A stretch of 64,000 nt of DNA, taken from the NCBI GenBank assembly GCA_904373265.1, contig CAJFEE010000008.1, forward strand, positions 1,132 through 65,131. The letters run 5' to 3'. The position numbers and the translations under genes are program-made. This document shows positions 37,467 to 48,649 of this stretch, piece after piece; the first letter of the stretch is position 1; every line of letters starts with the position of its first letter. Source of the stretch: Candidatus Harrysmithiimonas galli (lineage in GTDB: Bacteria; Bacillota; Bacilli; CAJFEE01). The notes under the pieces are model-generated. The model had not been told where the DNA came from, did no database searches, and saw nothing but the letters and a program-made list of their open reading frames with translations.

Positions 37467-38255
37467 TTAGCCTTTATGTCTTTCACGCAACACCTCATAA
37501 ACCTGTTCAAGTGTTACACCTGTTTCGACCAGACCAACCAACACATGATAAAACAAATCTGCTACTTCCATACTCAACTCTTTGACATCATGATTTTTCG
37601 CAGCAACTACAACTTCTGTGCTTTCCTCACCGACTTTCTTTAAAATTTTATCCAATCCTTTTTCAAATAAATAGTTTGTATAAGAGCCTTCAACAGGATG
37701 TGATTTACGTTCCTGAATCAAGTCATAAAGTCTGTCCAAAATATGTCCCTCACCTTGAATGAGTAAGGAATCATCCTGATTGGACTTATCCTTAAATCTT
37801 GGATCGATCGCTTCTGTATACACTAGTTTTTCTGATTTTTTCAACTCGACTTCCTGGGCTTCTGATATTGGAATTTTTAACGTCCAGTTTTTTAACATAT
37901 CTTGAACGGAGGTATCAATCTTCTGAATTTCTCCGATACCATTTAATTCCCGATAAAAACAGCTTGGTTCTCCAGTATGGCAAGCTGGTCCCTGTTGCAC
38001 CACTTTAATAATCAAAGAATCCAAATCACAATCCACTAAAATCCGTCGTAAAATCTGCCTATTGCCTGAAGTTTCACCTTTCATCCATAAAGCCTGTCGG
38101 CTGCGACTATAATAATGTACAAAGCCGGTCTCAATAGTCCGACGAAGAGCTTCTTCATTCATAAAAGCCTGCATCAAAATTTGACCCGTTTCAAAGTCTT
38201 GTGCAATCGCAGGAATCAAACCTTTTTCATCATATTTTAATATTGGAATATTCAT
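37467..38255 (-). CDS. hisIE: Bifunctional phosphoribosyl-AMP cyclohydrolase / phosphoribosyl-ATP pyrophosphatase
   Basis: 262 aa. HisI part: [18 protein letters not shown]...CHTG. HisE part: [18 protein letters not shown]. The two are joined by an unusually long ~60-aa linker. Confidence 0.88.
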   Translation of the reverse strand: MNIPILKYDEKGLIPAIAQDFETGQILMQAFMNEEALRRTIETGFVHYYSRSRQALWMKGETSGNRQILRRILVDCDLDSLIIKVVQQGPACHTGEPSCFYRELNGIGEIQKIDTSVQDMLKNWTLKIPISEAQEVELKKSEKLVYTEAIDPRFKDKSNQDDSLLIQGEGHILDRLYDLIQERKSHPVEGSYTNYLFEKGLDKILKKVGEESTEVVVAAKNHDVKELSMEVADLFYHVLVGLVETGVTLEQVYEVLRERHKG

Positions 38256-39034
38256 TTCGGAACCTCCCTTGGCTCTATCCGAACTGGAATATTTTCTGAT
38301 TGTAAGTATTCTTTTAATGCTTGAATGGTTAGTACACGGTAATGAAATAATGAAGCTGCCAAAACCGCATCGGCTTTTCCTTGTACAATTGCTTCTTTAA
38401 AATGTGCCAAAGTACCCGCACCACCAGAAGCAATAACTGGAATCGGCACAGCAGAGGAAATGGCCGCAGTCAAGGCAATATCATATCCATCTTTCGTGCC
38501 ATCACCATCCATACTGGTCAGCAAAACTTCACCAGCACCGTGTTTGTATCCTTCAATTGCCCATTGAACTGCATCCAGACCAGTATTCACTCGACCACCA
38601 TTTAAATAGACATCCCATCCAGAACCATCCAAGCGCTTTTTCGCATCAATTGCCAGCACCACACATTGACTGCCAAATTTCTTGGCCGCTTCTGAAATCA
38701 GTTCTGGACGTTTAATCGCAGCAGAATTCACAGCAACCTTATCAGCACCTGCGTTTAAAAGCGTTCGAAAATCCTCCACACAGCGAATCCCACCACCAAC
38801 CGTAAACGGAATAAATACTGCCTGTGCAACACCTTTTACAACATCCAATAAAATGCTTCTAGTGTCTGCAGAAGCCATAATATCCAACAAAACCAACTCA
38901 TCGGCACCTTGTGCATCATAAAATTTTGCATTTTCAACTGGATCGCCTGCATCAACAATATTTTCAAACTGTACACCCTTTACAACACGCCCACCTTTAA
39001 TATCTAGGCAAGGAATGATTCGTTTGGTCAGCAT
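38252..39034 (-). CDS. hisF: Imidazole glycerol phosphate synthase cyclase subunit
   Basis: [20 protein letters not shown]...GADKV..NSAA...ASGGAG. Confidence 0.93.
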   Translation of the reverse strand: MLTKRIIPCLDIKGGRVVKGVQFENIVDAGDPVENAKFYDAQGADELVLLDIMASADTRSILLDVVKGVAQAVFIPFTVGGGIRCVEDFRTLLNAGADKVAVNSAAIKRPELISEAAKKFGSQCVVLAIDAKKRLDGSGWDVYLNGGRVNTGLDAVQWAIEGYKHGAGEVLLTSMDGDGTKDGYDIALTAAISSAVPIPVIASGGAGTLAHFKEAIVQGKADAVLAASLFHYRVLTIQALKEYLQSENIPVRIEPREVPK

Positions 39035-39037
39035 GTT

Positions 39038-39757
39038 TTAACACTCCTTCGCTGCTTGAATCGCATCTTCTAAACGAACAGAGCCGGTATAGATTGCTTT
39101 TCCAATAATAATGCCGGATACACCTGTTGTTTTTAATGCTTCAATATCTGAAATTTTTCCAACACCACCAGAGGCAATGACCTGACAAGAAACAGCCTGT
39201 ACCATTTCTTTCATGGCAACTGCATTTGGCCCTTCTAAAGTCCCATCACGCGAAATATCTGTATAAATTATTGTTTTTACACCGATTTTTTCCATAATTT
39301 TTGCAAATTCTACCGCTTGAAATTCACTGGTTTCCTTCCAGCCTGCAACCGCAACATAGCCATCTTTGGCGTCGATACCAACTGCAATTTTTTCGCCATG
39401 CTTTTTCACAGCTTCTATCACAAGCGATTTATTTTTTACTGCAGAGGTACCTAAAATTACACGTGCAACTCCCGCCTCAATCAGCCGATCAATTTTTTCA
39501 AGGGAACGAATGCCACCACCAAATTGAACCGGAATTTGTAATGCATTTGCAATTTCCATTACAATTTGAACATTCGGTGAATCTCCATCCTTGGCACCAT
39601 CTAAATCAACCACGTGCAAAAATTCAGCTCCAGACTGTTCAAACGCCTTGGCCATCGTAAGCGGTGCATCAGAATAAATCGTCTCCTGTGTGTAATCTCC
39701 TTTAAATAAACGCACACAATTTCCATTTCGAATATCAATTGCTGGATATATAATCAT
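39038..39757 (-). CDS. hisA: ProFAR isomerase
   Basis: MIIYPAIDIRNGNCVRL..GDY...HVVDLDGA...GGGIRS. Confidence 0.92.
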   Translation of the reverse strand: MIIYPAIDIRNGNCVRLFKGDYTQETIYSDAPLTMAKAFEQSGAEFLHVVDLDGAKDGDSPNVQIVMEIANALQIPVQFGGGIRSLEKIDRLIEAGVARVILGTSAVKNKSLVIEAVKKHGEKIAVGIDAKDGYVAVAGWKETSEFQAVEFAKIMEKIGVKTIIYTDISRDGTLEGPNAVAMKEMVQAVSCQVIASGGVGKISDIEALKTTGVSGIIIGKAIYTGSVRLEDAIQAAKEC

Positions 39758-40386
39758 TCATTTTCCCCACCTTCTTTTACAAACTCAACAAAATTCCGAA
39801 GAAACTTTAGTCCTGTTTTTCCACTTTTTTCCGGATGGAATTGGCAAGCAAACAATGCATTTTGTTGTATGACTGCATCAAAGATTATGCCATAATCTGT
39901 CGTTCCAATGACCATTTCTGGGTCTTCTGCCTCTAAATAATATGTATGTACAAAATAAAAATATGAAGCATCTGCAATTTCAGCAAAAATCGGAGAATTT
40001 TTTTTGATTTGCACTTGATTCCATCCCATATGCGGAACTTTATAGCTTTTAGGCAAACAAAATTTTTTGATCTTCCCTTTTAAAATGCCAAGACCTGCAA
40101 CTGGTTCTTTCCCTTCCTCACTGGATTCAAATAACATTTGTAAACCGACACAAATCCCCAAAAAGGGACGTTGATTTTGAATAACTTCAGCAATGGCTTG
40201 ATCCATATTTGAACATGTTATTTTATCCATGCAATCCTTGAAATGACCGACACCCGGCAAAACTACACCGTCTGCCTGAAGCACATCATTTGGATTGGCT
40301 GTAATCAATACCTCGGCACCAAGCATGCGGAAGGCTTTTTCGACACTTCCAAGATTCCCTGCACCGTAATCAATAATGGCTATCAT
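39754..40386 (-). CDS. hisH: Imidazole glycerol phosphate synthase glutaminase subunit
   Basis: MIAIIDYGAGNLGSV...LPGVGHF...GICVGLQ...QFHPEKS. Confidence 0.92.
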   Translation of the reverse strand: MIAIIDYGAGNLGSVEKAFRMLGAEVLITANPNDVLQADGVVLPGVGHFKDCMDKITCSNMDQAIAEVIQNQRPFLGICVGLQMLFESSEEGKEPVAGLGILKGKIKKFCLPKSYKVPHMGWNQVQIKKNSPIFAEIADASYFYFVHTYYLEAEDPEMVIGTTDYGIIFDAVIQQNALFACQFHPEKSGKTGLKFLRNFVEFVKEGGENE

Positions 40387-40579
40387 GGCTGTTCCTTCTT
40401 TCCTTATTTTATGGTAAGTGCAGCAGATGACTTTTACTACAATGATCTGAATGTTTTTACAATAATTCTACTATTCTGACTCCACATTTTACATATCCGT
40501 TAGAATGCACTCATGCAATTCTAAAACAGCTATTTACAAAGCTTTCGCTCGGATTGTTATTTCAAACATAAAAATATAA

Positions 40580-41164
40580 CTATATCACGCCCTTTGTACT
40601 CATCACATGCTTAATTCGTTCATCTTTTTGCGTTGCCTGATCTAAAGCTTTTCCAAATGCTTTAAACAGTGCTTCAATTATGTGATGTACATTTGAACCA
40701 CTCAAAACTTTCATGTGCAAATTCATTTGCGCATTGAATGCAACCGATTTGAAAAACTCCTCAACCAACTCTGTATCAAACGAGCCAACCTTTCCAAACG
40801 GAAGATCCACATCAAATGAAAAATATGGGCGACCACCTAAATCAACCGCAACCAATACAAGCACCTCATCCATTGGTAAAATTGTGGAACCATATCTTTG
40901 AATGCCTTTTTTATCTCCTATAGCTTTCCGTATCCCTTGTCCAAGTACAATTCCAACATCTTCTACTGTATGATGGTCATCAATATATGTGTCTCCGGTT
41001 ACTTCTAGCTTCAAGTCAAACAACCCGATCCGAACAAAAGAATGTAGCATATGATCAAAAAAACCGATATGCGTTAAACCATTCAGTGCGCCTTCTCCAT
41101 CTAAAGAAAGTTCTAATCGAATGTCAGTTTCATTTGTTTTTCTCTGAATTTCAGCTTTTCTCAT
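40580..41164 (-). CDS. hisB: Imidazoleglycerol-phosphate dehydratase (monofunctional)
   Basis: RKTNETDIRLELSLDG...DDHHTVEDVGI. The ATG at 41164 is preceded by aaaaggaggagg; the ORF-track start at 41191 is probably too far upstream. Confidence 0.92.
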   Translation of the reverse strand: MRKAEIQRKTNETDIRLELSLDGEGALNGLTHIGFFDHMLHSFVRIGLFDLKLEVTGDTYIDDHHTVEDVGIVLGQGIRKAIGDKKGIQRYGSTILPMDEVLVLVAVDLGGRPYFSFDVDLPFGKVGSFDTELVEEFFKSVAFNAQMNLHMKVLSGSNVHHIIEALFKAFGKALDQATQKDERIKHVMSTKGVI

Positions 41165-41178
41165 AAGACCTCCTCCTT

Positions 41179-42240
41179 TTAAACCATCCATGTTTTCAAA
41201 GTTGCAATCAGTGCTTCCATCTCCTTTTGAGTACCAATGGTGATTCGTAAATAATCTGAAAGCAACTCCTGTGCAAAATAACGCACAAATATATTCTGTT
41301 CACGAAGAGCAAGAAATAATGTCTTGGCTTCCTTTTTAGGATGTGTAACAAAAATAAAATTGGCTTGGGAAGGCAAAACTGTAAAACCTAGTTGCACCAT
41401 TTGTTGTACCGTCCATTCACGCGTCTGAATAATTTTTTGTACTACAGACTGAAAATACAGTTCATCTTTTATCGAAGCTTTTCCAGCTACCAATGCCAAT
41501 CGATCCAGCGGATAAGAGTTAAAAGAATTCTTGACAATCTCCAAGCCTTGAATCAACGCTGGATGACCCATTGCAAATCCAATACGGAGTCCTGCCAGTG
41601 CACGTGATTTTGAAAAAGTTTGAACCACGAGTAAATTTTCATAGTTTGGAATCAAAGAAACTGCCGATTCCCCGCCAAAATCAATATAAGCTTCATCAAC
41701 AATTACCACACAATCTGGATTTTGCTGTAAAAGCTGCTCAATTTCTACACAGGATAGTAAAATTCCAGTGGGTGCATTCGGGTTGGCAATAAGCACACCA
41801 CCTGGTACTTGCATATAATCCTCCAAGCAAATTTGAAAATCTGGACTAAGCTTCGGACAAGTATATGGAATACCAAATAAATTGGCATATACTTGATAAA
41901 AGCTATATGTAATATTTGGAAAACAAATTTTCCTTTTTGAAGAAAAAAATGCCATAAAACTAAGTGCAAGTACTTCATCCGATCCATTACCGACAAAAAC
42001 TTGTTCTACAGTTAATTTATTTCGTCTGGCGATTGCTTGCCGAAGTTCAACTGCCAGAGGATCTGGATATAAGCGGAGCGTGTCATTTACTGCAGTCTGA
42101 ACAGCTTGGAGTACTTTTGGCGATGGACCATACGGATTTTCATTTGTATTTAGTTTGATTATCTGTTCGTTTTTTGGCTGTTCCCCCGGAATATACGGAG
42201 ACAAAAAAGACAATCGTTCATTCCAAAATCGACTCATCAA
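41179..42240 (-). CDS. hisC: Histidinol-phosphate aminotransferase
   Basis: 353 aa with [16 protein letters not shown] and the [17 protein letters not shown]-lysine motif. Confidence 0.9.
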   Translation of the reverse strand: MMSRFWNERLSFLSPYIPGEQPKNEQIIKLNTNENPYGPSPKVLQAVQTAVNDTLRLYPDPLAVELRQAIARRNKLTVEQVFVGNGSDEVLALSFMAFFSSKRKICFPNITYSFYQVYANLFGIPYTCPKLSPDFQICLEDYMQVPGGVLIANPNAPTGILLSCVEIEQLLQQNPDCVVIVDEAYIDFGGESAVSLIPNYENLLVVQTFSKSRALAGLRIGFAMGHPALIQGLEIVKNSFNSYPLDRLALVAGKASIKDELYFQSVVQKIIQTREWTVQQMVQLGFTVLPSQANFIFVTHPKKEAKTLFLALREQNIFVRYFAQELLSDYLRITIGTQKEMEALIATLKTWMV

Positions 42241-42881
42241 CCTACAACCTCCAATTGTTTTTTGAATCCTAAAATCACCGACTCAATCGCATTTTGCTTC
42301 ATTTTTAGACTGACACGATTGACGACAAGTCTAGCACTAACATCGGTAATGGTTTCTAACACAACCAGTCCATTTTCCTTTAAAGTTGTTCCAGTTTCCA
42401 CAATATCTACAATAATTTCTGACAATCCAATCAATGGAGCCAGCTCAATAGAGCCATTCAATTTAATAATTTCAATGGATTCTTTTTTTGTCTGTTCAAA
42501 AAAACTTCTTGTAATATTTGGATACTTTGTTGCAACCCGCTTATGATTGACATCCTGCCATTTACCTACCAAATCTTTTGGTCCTGCAACGACAACCTTA
42601 CATTTTCCAAACCCCAAATCAAGTACCTCATATAAATTTCGATTTTCTTCTAAAATAACATCCTTTCCGACAACCCCGATATCGGCACTGCCATATTCAA
42701 CATAAGTTGTTACATCGGACGGCTTGACAAGAAAAAAACGAATCTTGTTTTTTTCATCTTCTAAAATAAGCTTACGTGTATGACCGATTTCATCTAAACC
42801 TTTAAATCCCAATTTCGTAAACATTTCTGCAGTTAAATTTCCAATTCGTCCTTTCGGAAGCGCAACATTCAAATATTCCAT
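42237..42881 (-). CDS. hisG: ATP phosphoribosyltransferase, short (HisZ-dependent) form
   Basis: 214 aa with LNVALPKGR and [16 protein letters not shown]. Confidence 0.92.
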   Translation of the reverse strand: MEYLNVALPKGRIGNLTAEMFTKLGFKGLDEIGHTRKLILEDEKNKIRFFLVKPSDVTTYVEYGSADIGVVGKDVILEENRNLYEVLDLGFGKCKVVVAGPKDLVGKWQDVNHKRVATKYPNITRSFFEQTKKESIEIIKLNGSIELAPLIGLSEIIVDIVETGTTLKENGLVVLETITDVSARLVVNRVSLKMKQNAIESVILGFKKQLEVVG

Positions 42882-44158
42882 TGAAAAATCTCCTCTAAAT
42901 CATTCAGTTCTGTTATTTCTGTTTCTTTTATGTCTTGAGTAGCTTCTTCCTTTTGCATCCAAATCAGTGTACCTTGCACAGTTAAATAAGCCACATTGGT
43001 ATAGCGGCGAAGTTCAGCATTTCGATAAATTTGTGCTTTACTTCCCGGAAGCAAGTCCTCACATACAACCCAGCCCATTTGACGTAGACGCTGTGCAATG
43101 GAAAAAAGTTGCTTTATTCTCAAAGCATCCGATCCGAAATAAACAGCCGGTTTTTCACCCCATTTCAATCGAATTTTCTGGCTGTAAATGGCGGCCAATA
43201 GCTCATTAACATTAATCGCAAAACCAACCGCTGGATCGTCTTGTCCATATTTTTGCAAAAGTCGATCATAACGTCCACCGTTTAAAATTGGATAACCAAC
43301 ACCATATGTAATACCTTTAAAAATAATTCCTGTATAATAGTTCAAGTGGTGCAAAAATCCCAAATCAATTGAAATATAATCACCATATCCACGCTGGTTT
43401 AACAACTCAACAACGTTTTCAATATGTGAAATTGCGGCTTTACAAGTATGATCTACCGCCAAATGGCGCGCCTTTTCCAAAACATCATGATCGCCATATA
43501 ACGCCCCAAGCTCAACCAGCAATTGATGATTTTTCACTTGAACGTTGTCTGATCTAACCATTTTTTGCACAGCCATCAGGTCCTTTTTATCAATAAATTC
43601 CTGAATTTCCGAAATCTGTTCACCAGTCAAATTAGAATCAGCTACAATCGAATGAAAAATATCTGCATGACCAATTTCAATTTGAAAAGAGGTTAACCCA
43701 CTTTTTTGCAAAGCCTCAATAGCCAAAATCAAAACCTCAGCATCTGCAAAAACACCCGTTGCTCCAATCAATTCTACACCAGTTTCATAAATTTCTTTTG
43801 ATTTGCCATAAGCCTCTATAAAACGATACAAATTCCCAGAATAAGACAGTCTCAGTGGACGAGGTACATCCTTTAACTTCGTTGTAGCAATTCGTGCCAT
43901 TGGCATCGTTAAATCTGGGCGAAGAACAATAATTCGACCTTTTCCATCAAAAAACTTAAATGTATTTTCTTTATTGATAAACGCATCTTCAAACATATCA
44001 TAGTATTCTAAAATCGGAGATTCTGTTTCTTCGTACCCAAAAGAATAAAAAACAGAACGAAACGCATCGACAAGCTGACGTTTTTCATGGCTTTCCGGAT
44101 ACAAATGATCCTGAAAGCCTTCCAATGTTACACTTTTATAATTATTCATTTGCATCAC
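42869..44158 (-). CDS. hisZ: ATP phosphoribosyltransferase regulatory subunit (HisRS-like)
   Basis: 429 aa with a class-II aaRS-like core ([23 protein letters not shown]). It sits directly upstream of, and overlaps, the short-form hisG. Confidence 0.8.
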   Translation of the reverse strand: MMQMNNYKSVTLEGFQDHLYPESHEKRQLVDAFRSVFYSFGYEETESPILEYYDMFEDAFINKENTFKFFDGKGRIIVLRPDLTMPMARIATTKLKDVPRPLRLSYSGNLYRFIEAYGKSKEIYETGVELIGATGVFADAEVLILAIEALQKSGLTSFQIEIGHADIFHSIVADSNLTGEQISEIQEFIDKKDLMAVQKMVRSDNVQVKNHQLLVELGALYGDHDVLEKARHLAVDHTCKAAISHIENVVELLNQRGYGDYISIDLGFLHHLNYYTGIIFKGITYGVGYPILNGGRYDRLLQKYGQDDPAVGFAINVNELLAAIYSQKIRLKWGEKPAVYFGSDALRIKQLFSIAQRLRQMGWVVCEDLLPGSKAQIYRNAELRRYTNVAYLTVQGTLIWMQKEEATQDIKETEITELNDLEEIFQWNI

Positions 44159-45028
44159 CTGCTAAATTGACTTTCTCCATTTTTACAATGAATCATCTAT
44201 TCTTTTAATTTTATAAGGGAAATAATGGGATGTAAAGCAAATTCTTTATATATAAGATTTTGTAAGACGTATAAAAGACATAAAAAACAAACTATAGAAA
44301 TTCATCTACATAAACGATAAAGAGAATTGGGTGAAACCATAAAAAACATAGCATCAGCTACTTTTATAAAACATCTTCATCCCAAATATCTGATTTAATT
44401 TACCACTTTTGTAAGTGTCTATCTATTTCTTATTCTTATCTTGGTTTTAAAATGTTTCTTTACAATCATTTTTGAAAAATCTCTTGTATTTTTATTCCTA
44501 TATGCTATTCAATCATTCCATTTCTCATACAACTTGGACAATCTAATATATGAAAACCATACAAATGCTGTCTAAAACATCACAAAACTGTTTTAGGACC
44601 ATGTATTTTCTCTTAAAACAGCGCTTTTATGCCAATCAGATTAGAAAAAACACCATTTTTATTGGTAAATAGACAAAAAAAACTCTATAGGTGCCAATAG
44701 AAAAACGCATAAAAACAGTTTGAATATTGGATCTTCCCCATATCTCTATATTTGTGGCATACATCCTTATATTATATAGTTTTGGAAAATCAAGTATTAT
44801 GACCATAAAAACATCGAAGTATCAAAAAAGCAGGAATTGCAAGATAAATAAAATTATCAAAAACCTTGTAGCTAGATAATATCCCACAGTTTCCAATTTT
44901 TTTGTTCATCAAAATATCATTTGATTTTTTATATTAAAAATCACAAAGAAACGAATTCCATCATTGCTCTTATTTTTCCATAAACCTATCTAAAGGTGAA
45001 ACGAAACAGTATAAACAAAAAACGTTGA

Positions 45029-45063
45029 AGTTTATCCTTTCATATTCCTTCAACGTTTTTTTA
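45029..45063 (-). terminator. Terminator after the PHP phosphatase gene
   Basis: aacgttgaag / cttcaacgtt stem flanked by A6 and T7. Confidence 0.7.
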
Positions 45064-45084
45064 TTGGTTCCATATATTTGAATT

Positions 45085-46089
45085 TTATTCTATTGGCAAC
45101 ATTATTCTCTTCCGATTTTTAAACGTTGCAATTTCTGTTACACCCAAATCTTTTAGTTGCTGCACAGCTTCGGGTATCAACATTCCCAAATCAACTGCAA
45201 AATGCGCATCAGAAGATAATGTAAACGGGACGCCCTTTTTAACCAAAACTTCTAAAAAGGTTGGACTGGGACAACATTCCTGGATGGGATAACGATATTT
45301 CAATCCAGTACTCAATTCTGTTGCCATATTGTGTTGCATTAACAGATCTCCAATTTTTTCATACATGGAAATCAGTTCATCTTCATTTGGACGAAAATTA
45401 AATACTTTTAGATTATCTAGATGTGCCACAAAATCAAACAAACCGGATTGAATCAATTTTTCAACGGTGTGGAAATGATCTTTATACAGTGCAAGTAAAT
45501 CTAGATCATTATAACGATCAATGGTATCTGGATTATCAAAGCCCCAGCCTTGATTGAAATGCACCGATCCAATCACAAAATCCCAAGGTTTTTCCTCCAG
45601 CCATGGACGAAGCATCTCTTCACCACCGACAAAGTAATCAGCTTCAATGCCCAAACGCAGCTCTATTCCTTCTTGCTTCCATTTTTCTTTTTGCGATTGA
45701 ACAAATGCAATAAACACATCCATTTCTTCGATCATAATGGTATCAAAAAAATATCTTTGTTCTTTTCCAAGTGGTGTGTCATCCACAATCACAAATTGAT
45801 CAAAATAAGCCCTTGTTTCTTTAAAACGATATAAATGATCTACAAGTCCGACCTGCTTTAATCCTTTTTCCTTTGCAGATTTTAAATAATGATCGAAAAA
45901 ATTTTCCGTAAATGGCCCCTCTTTTAAATAGCGTAAAAATTGCTCAGTATGTGCAATGATGGCTTCTTTTGTTCCTGGAATCAGACCAGATTTCTCTAAA
46001 AAAATAGGTGCGAGCTTACCATTTGCTTTATTCAACCAACTTAAATTGTATGGACCTTCTTCCAAATGCACATGATAATCTATCTTCAT
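45085..46089 (-). CDS. PHP-domain phosphoesterase, probable histidinol-phosphatase (HisJ/HisK family)
   Basis: 334 aa. Metal-binding motifs in PHP order: DYHVHL, VDHLY, GIEADY, GSVHF, AHLD, SSDAH. The hisB here lacks a phosphatase domain. Confidence 0.55.
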   Translation of the reverse strand: MKIDYHVHLEEGPYNLSWLNKANGKLAPIFLEKSGLIPGTKEAIIAHTEQFLRYLKEGPFTENFFDHYLKSAKEKGLKQVGLVDHLYRFKETRAYFDQFVIVDDTPLGKEQRYFFDTIMIEEMDVFIAFVQSQKEKWKQEGIELRLGIEADYFVGGEEMLRPWLEEKPWDFVIGSVHFNQGWGFDNPDTIDRYNDLDLLALYKDHFHTVEKLIQSGLFDFVAHLDNLKVFNFRPNEDELISMYEKIGDLLMQHNMATELSTGLKYRYPIQECCPSPTFLEVLVKKGVPFTLSSDAHFAVDLGMLIPEAVQQLKDLGVTEIATFKNRKRIMLPIE

Positions 46090-47021
46090 TTTTCTTGCTC
46101 CTTACTTTGCAATTTTCCGATTTCATACGGTGTTTCCTGATATACATAATAATTCAGCCAATTGGAAAACAATAAGTTTGCATGAGCTCGCCACAATACA
46201 TGTGGTGTTCTTGTGGGATCATCTTCAGGATAATAATTTTTTGGAACCGGAATGCTTAAGCCACGATGAATATCTCGATCATATTCTGCCTTTAACGTCA
46301 GTGCATCATATTCTGAATGAGAGGTAATGAAAAATTGACTTCTATCCTTTACCGCAACAATATTGATATCCTGATCATCTGAAAGCGATAAAATCTCCAA
46401 ATCAGCACATTTCATAATATCCGCATAACGAACTTCAGTATGACGAGATTGTGGCATATAAAAAAAATCATCAAAACCACGAAATAGCTTTTCATATTTC
46501 AAATTGACATAATATTGAAACACTCCAAAGTGCTTCTCAGGCAGTTCATACTTCGGAATTCCAAAATGATAATATAACCCAGCCTGTGCAGCCCAGCAAA
46601 TATGAAGCGTAGAAAAAACATGTGTTTTTGACCATTCCATAATTTCCACAAGTTCTTTCCAGTAGTCGACCTCTTCAAAAGACAAAGTCTCCACTGGCGC
46701 ACCAGTTATCACCATGCCATCAAAATTTTGATGTTGTACTTCATTAAAATACGAATAAAAATTTGAAAGATGAGCAGAAGATGTATTTTTGGATACATGG
46801 CTTTTGGGATGAATGAATGTAATTTCTACTTGTAAAGGTGTATTGCCTAGCAATCGCAAAAGCTGTGTTTCAGTTTCAATTTTTGTAGGCATCAAGTTTA
46901 AAATTAAAATTTTCAGTGGACGAATATCTTGATGATAAGCTCTAGATTCCGCCATAACAAAAATATTTTCCGCTTCTAAAATTTCTTTTGCCGGCAGATG
47001 ATCCGGAATCTTAATCGGCAT
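46086..47021 (-). CDS. metA: Homoserine O-acyltransferase (MetA family)
   Basis: [11 protein letters not shown]...[32 protein letters not shown]. Confidence 0.92.
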   Translation of the reverse strand: MPIKIPDHLPAKEILEAENIFVMAESRAYHQDIRPLKILILNLMPTKIETETQLLRLLGNTPLQVEITFIHPKSHVSKNTSSAHLSNFYSYFNEVQHQNFDGMVITGAPVETLSFEEVDYWKELVEIMEWSKTHVFSTLHICWAAQAGLYYHFGIPKYELPEKHFGVFQYYVNLKYEKLFRGFDDFFYMPQSRHTEVRYADIMKCADLEILSLSDDQDINIVAVKDRSQFFITSHSEYDALTLKAEYDRDIHRGLSIPVPKNYYPEDDPTRTPHVLWRAHANLLFSNWLNYYVYQETPYEIGKLQSKEQEK

Positions 47022-47107
47022 TATGATCCCCCCTTATTTCTTTTTCACACATAATACCAGTATAATGGTTTTATGAAAAAATTTATAGCTGAAATTTCTT
47101 TTAAACC

Positions 47108-47458
47108 TTATTGTTTTCTTACTTTCTTGATTTCTTTCAAATTCGGTGTCTTTCTAAATTTATCGATCACATGCATCAAGGAAAAATATGGATGTTTCAT
47201 GAGCATGCGCGGACCTGCATAACCCATTACCTGTTTGGCTTTTCTACGCATTTCTTGATTCGATCGATAACAATGAATTTGACAATTTTGACATGCTGGT
47301 TTCTTTTCCTGAAATGGACATTGCGTTAAACGAAAAAGTGCAAAGTCTAAAAATTCCTGACATTCCTTGCAAGGCGTTTCAAAGGGATGGTGATGATCTT
47401 TACAATAAATTTCCACCATTACTTTCATGGTTTCACGTTCTCTTTCCATACGTTTCAC
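47108..47458 (-). CDS. YgbA-like 'nitrous oxide-stimulated promoter' family Cys-rich protein
   Basis: 116 aa with CK..HH...CKEC...CP...KPACQNCQIHCY. The pattern fits this family. Confidence 0.6.
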   Translation of the reverse strand: MKRMERERETMKVMVEIYCKDHHHPFETPCKECQEFLDFALFRLTQCPFQEKKPACQNCQIHCYRSNQEMRRKAKQVMGYAGPRMLMKHPYFSLMHVIDKFRKTPNLKEIKKVRKQ

Positions 47459-47566
47459 TTAAAATCAACCCTCAACTTTATGTTTTTTCTTATAATATAC
47501 AAGAACCAGATACCAAAAAATAGTCACAAATGTTACAATAAAAAAATTGAAAGGAAAGAACAAATC

Positions 47567-48019
47567 ATGAATATTCTAGTCAGTGCCTGTTTAATCGGAA
47601 TAAATTGTCGATATGATGGAAAAAATTGCCTGCAAAAGCAATTGTTTGAGCAGTCCAAAAAATATACACTCATTCCAATCTGTCCTGAACAGCTTGGTGG
47701 TCTTAGCACGCCTAGAGAACCCGTAGAATTGATGACCAAACAAAATCAAATCCGTGCCAAAACAAAATCAGGTAAAGATTATACCAATCAGTTTTTTCAA
47801 GGAGCAAAAGAAACGTTAAAAATTGCACAACTGAACCAATGTCAATACGCCATTTTAAAAAGCAAGAGCCCCTCTTGTGGTTATAAAAAAATTTACAATG
47901 GAAAATTTGACGGACAATTAACAGACGGAAACGGTATAACGGCTGATGTATTACTAAATCATCATATTGAAATTTATACAGAAAATGAACTGAATCTATT
48001 ATATCAAAAAATAAAATAA
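47567..48019 (+). CDS. DUF523 (YbbK/TudS-like) protein
   Basis: MNILVSACLIGINCRYDGK...CPEQLGGLSTPR...SPSCG. The real start is the internal ATG at 47567 of the 210-aa ORF-track entry. Confidence 0.75.
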   Translation: MNILVSACLIGINCRYDGKNCLQKQLFEQSKKYTLIPICPEQLGGLSTPREPVELMTKQNQIRAKTKSGKDYTNQFFQGAKETLKIAQLNQCQYAILKSKSPSCGYKKIYNGKFDGQLTDGNGITADVLLNHHIEIYTENELNLLYQKIK

Positions 48020-48033
48020 TAATATTATTTTCC

Positions 48034-48116
48034 AATAAATTAAAATTTTTGATAAAAACAATATATATATATATATTGTTATAAATAAATTATTTTCAAT
48101 AATAAAATATATAAAT
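48034..48116. other. Near-pure A/T island containing an (AT)8 microsatellite
   Basis: 4 G/C in 83 bp, with atatatatatatatat at 48061-48076. Confidence 0.6.
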
Positions 48117-48592
48117 CCAAAAAGACGAACAGATGTAAAATTACATGTAAATTTTGCATCATCGTTCTTTTTTCTTTGAATTCAATCTTCTTTGTCCCAA
48201 CCTCCTGTACCTCTTTCGCTCTTTGGCATAAACAAAAAATTCTTTTGAAATACCCATAATCTGGTTTCCAGCAAAGTAAATGACTGACTATCGAAAAACA
48301 GTAAACTTTTGAATTACAAATTATAATAATTTTGGTGTAAAAGCGTTTTTTTCTAAAAAATATGGCTAAAATTTATTTTATCTAAGACTCTATATAGGAA
48401 AAACATTTGTAGAAGAAAAGAGTCATATAAAACTGATATTTAGCAGGAAAATTGCAATTCATCTAAGGAAAATCATTCAAATGCTATGAAACCAATCATT
48501 GGGTTTATCCTAAAGACTTAGGATGTACATGTTCATTTTGCATAATATCCACTTGCATACCTTTTCAATCGCTGGATCAAAACTTCATTATA

Positions 48593-48622
48593 CACAAAAA
48601 AAACCGTAGAGTAAGACTACGG
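48593..48622 (-). terminator. Terminator of the DASS transporter gene
   Basis: ccgtag/ctacgg stem; on the minus strand it is followed by T9 or longer. Confidence 0.6.
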
Positions 48623-48649
48623 GATGTCAAAAAAATAATTACTTATAAC

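Noticed and set aside
44322-44340. aattgggtgaaaccat resembles the T-box core AAUUGGGUGGUACC, upstream of the his operon.
   Set aside because: It is on the plus strand while the his operon is on the minus strand. It lacks the CCGCG end and has no adjacent terminator/antiterminator pair.
48061-48076. (AT)8 microsatellite and other AT-rich reiterations considered as a CRISPR or tandem-repeat array.
   Set aside because: There is no repeat-spacer periodicity, no cas genes, and the unit length is 2 bp. It is a simple-sequence tract inside an A/T island.
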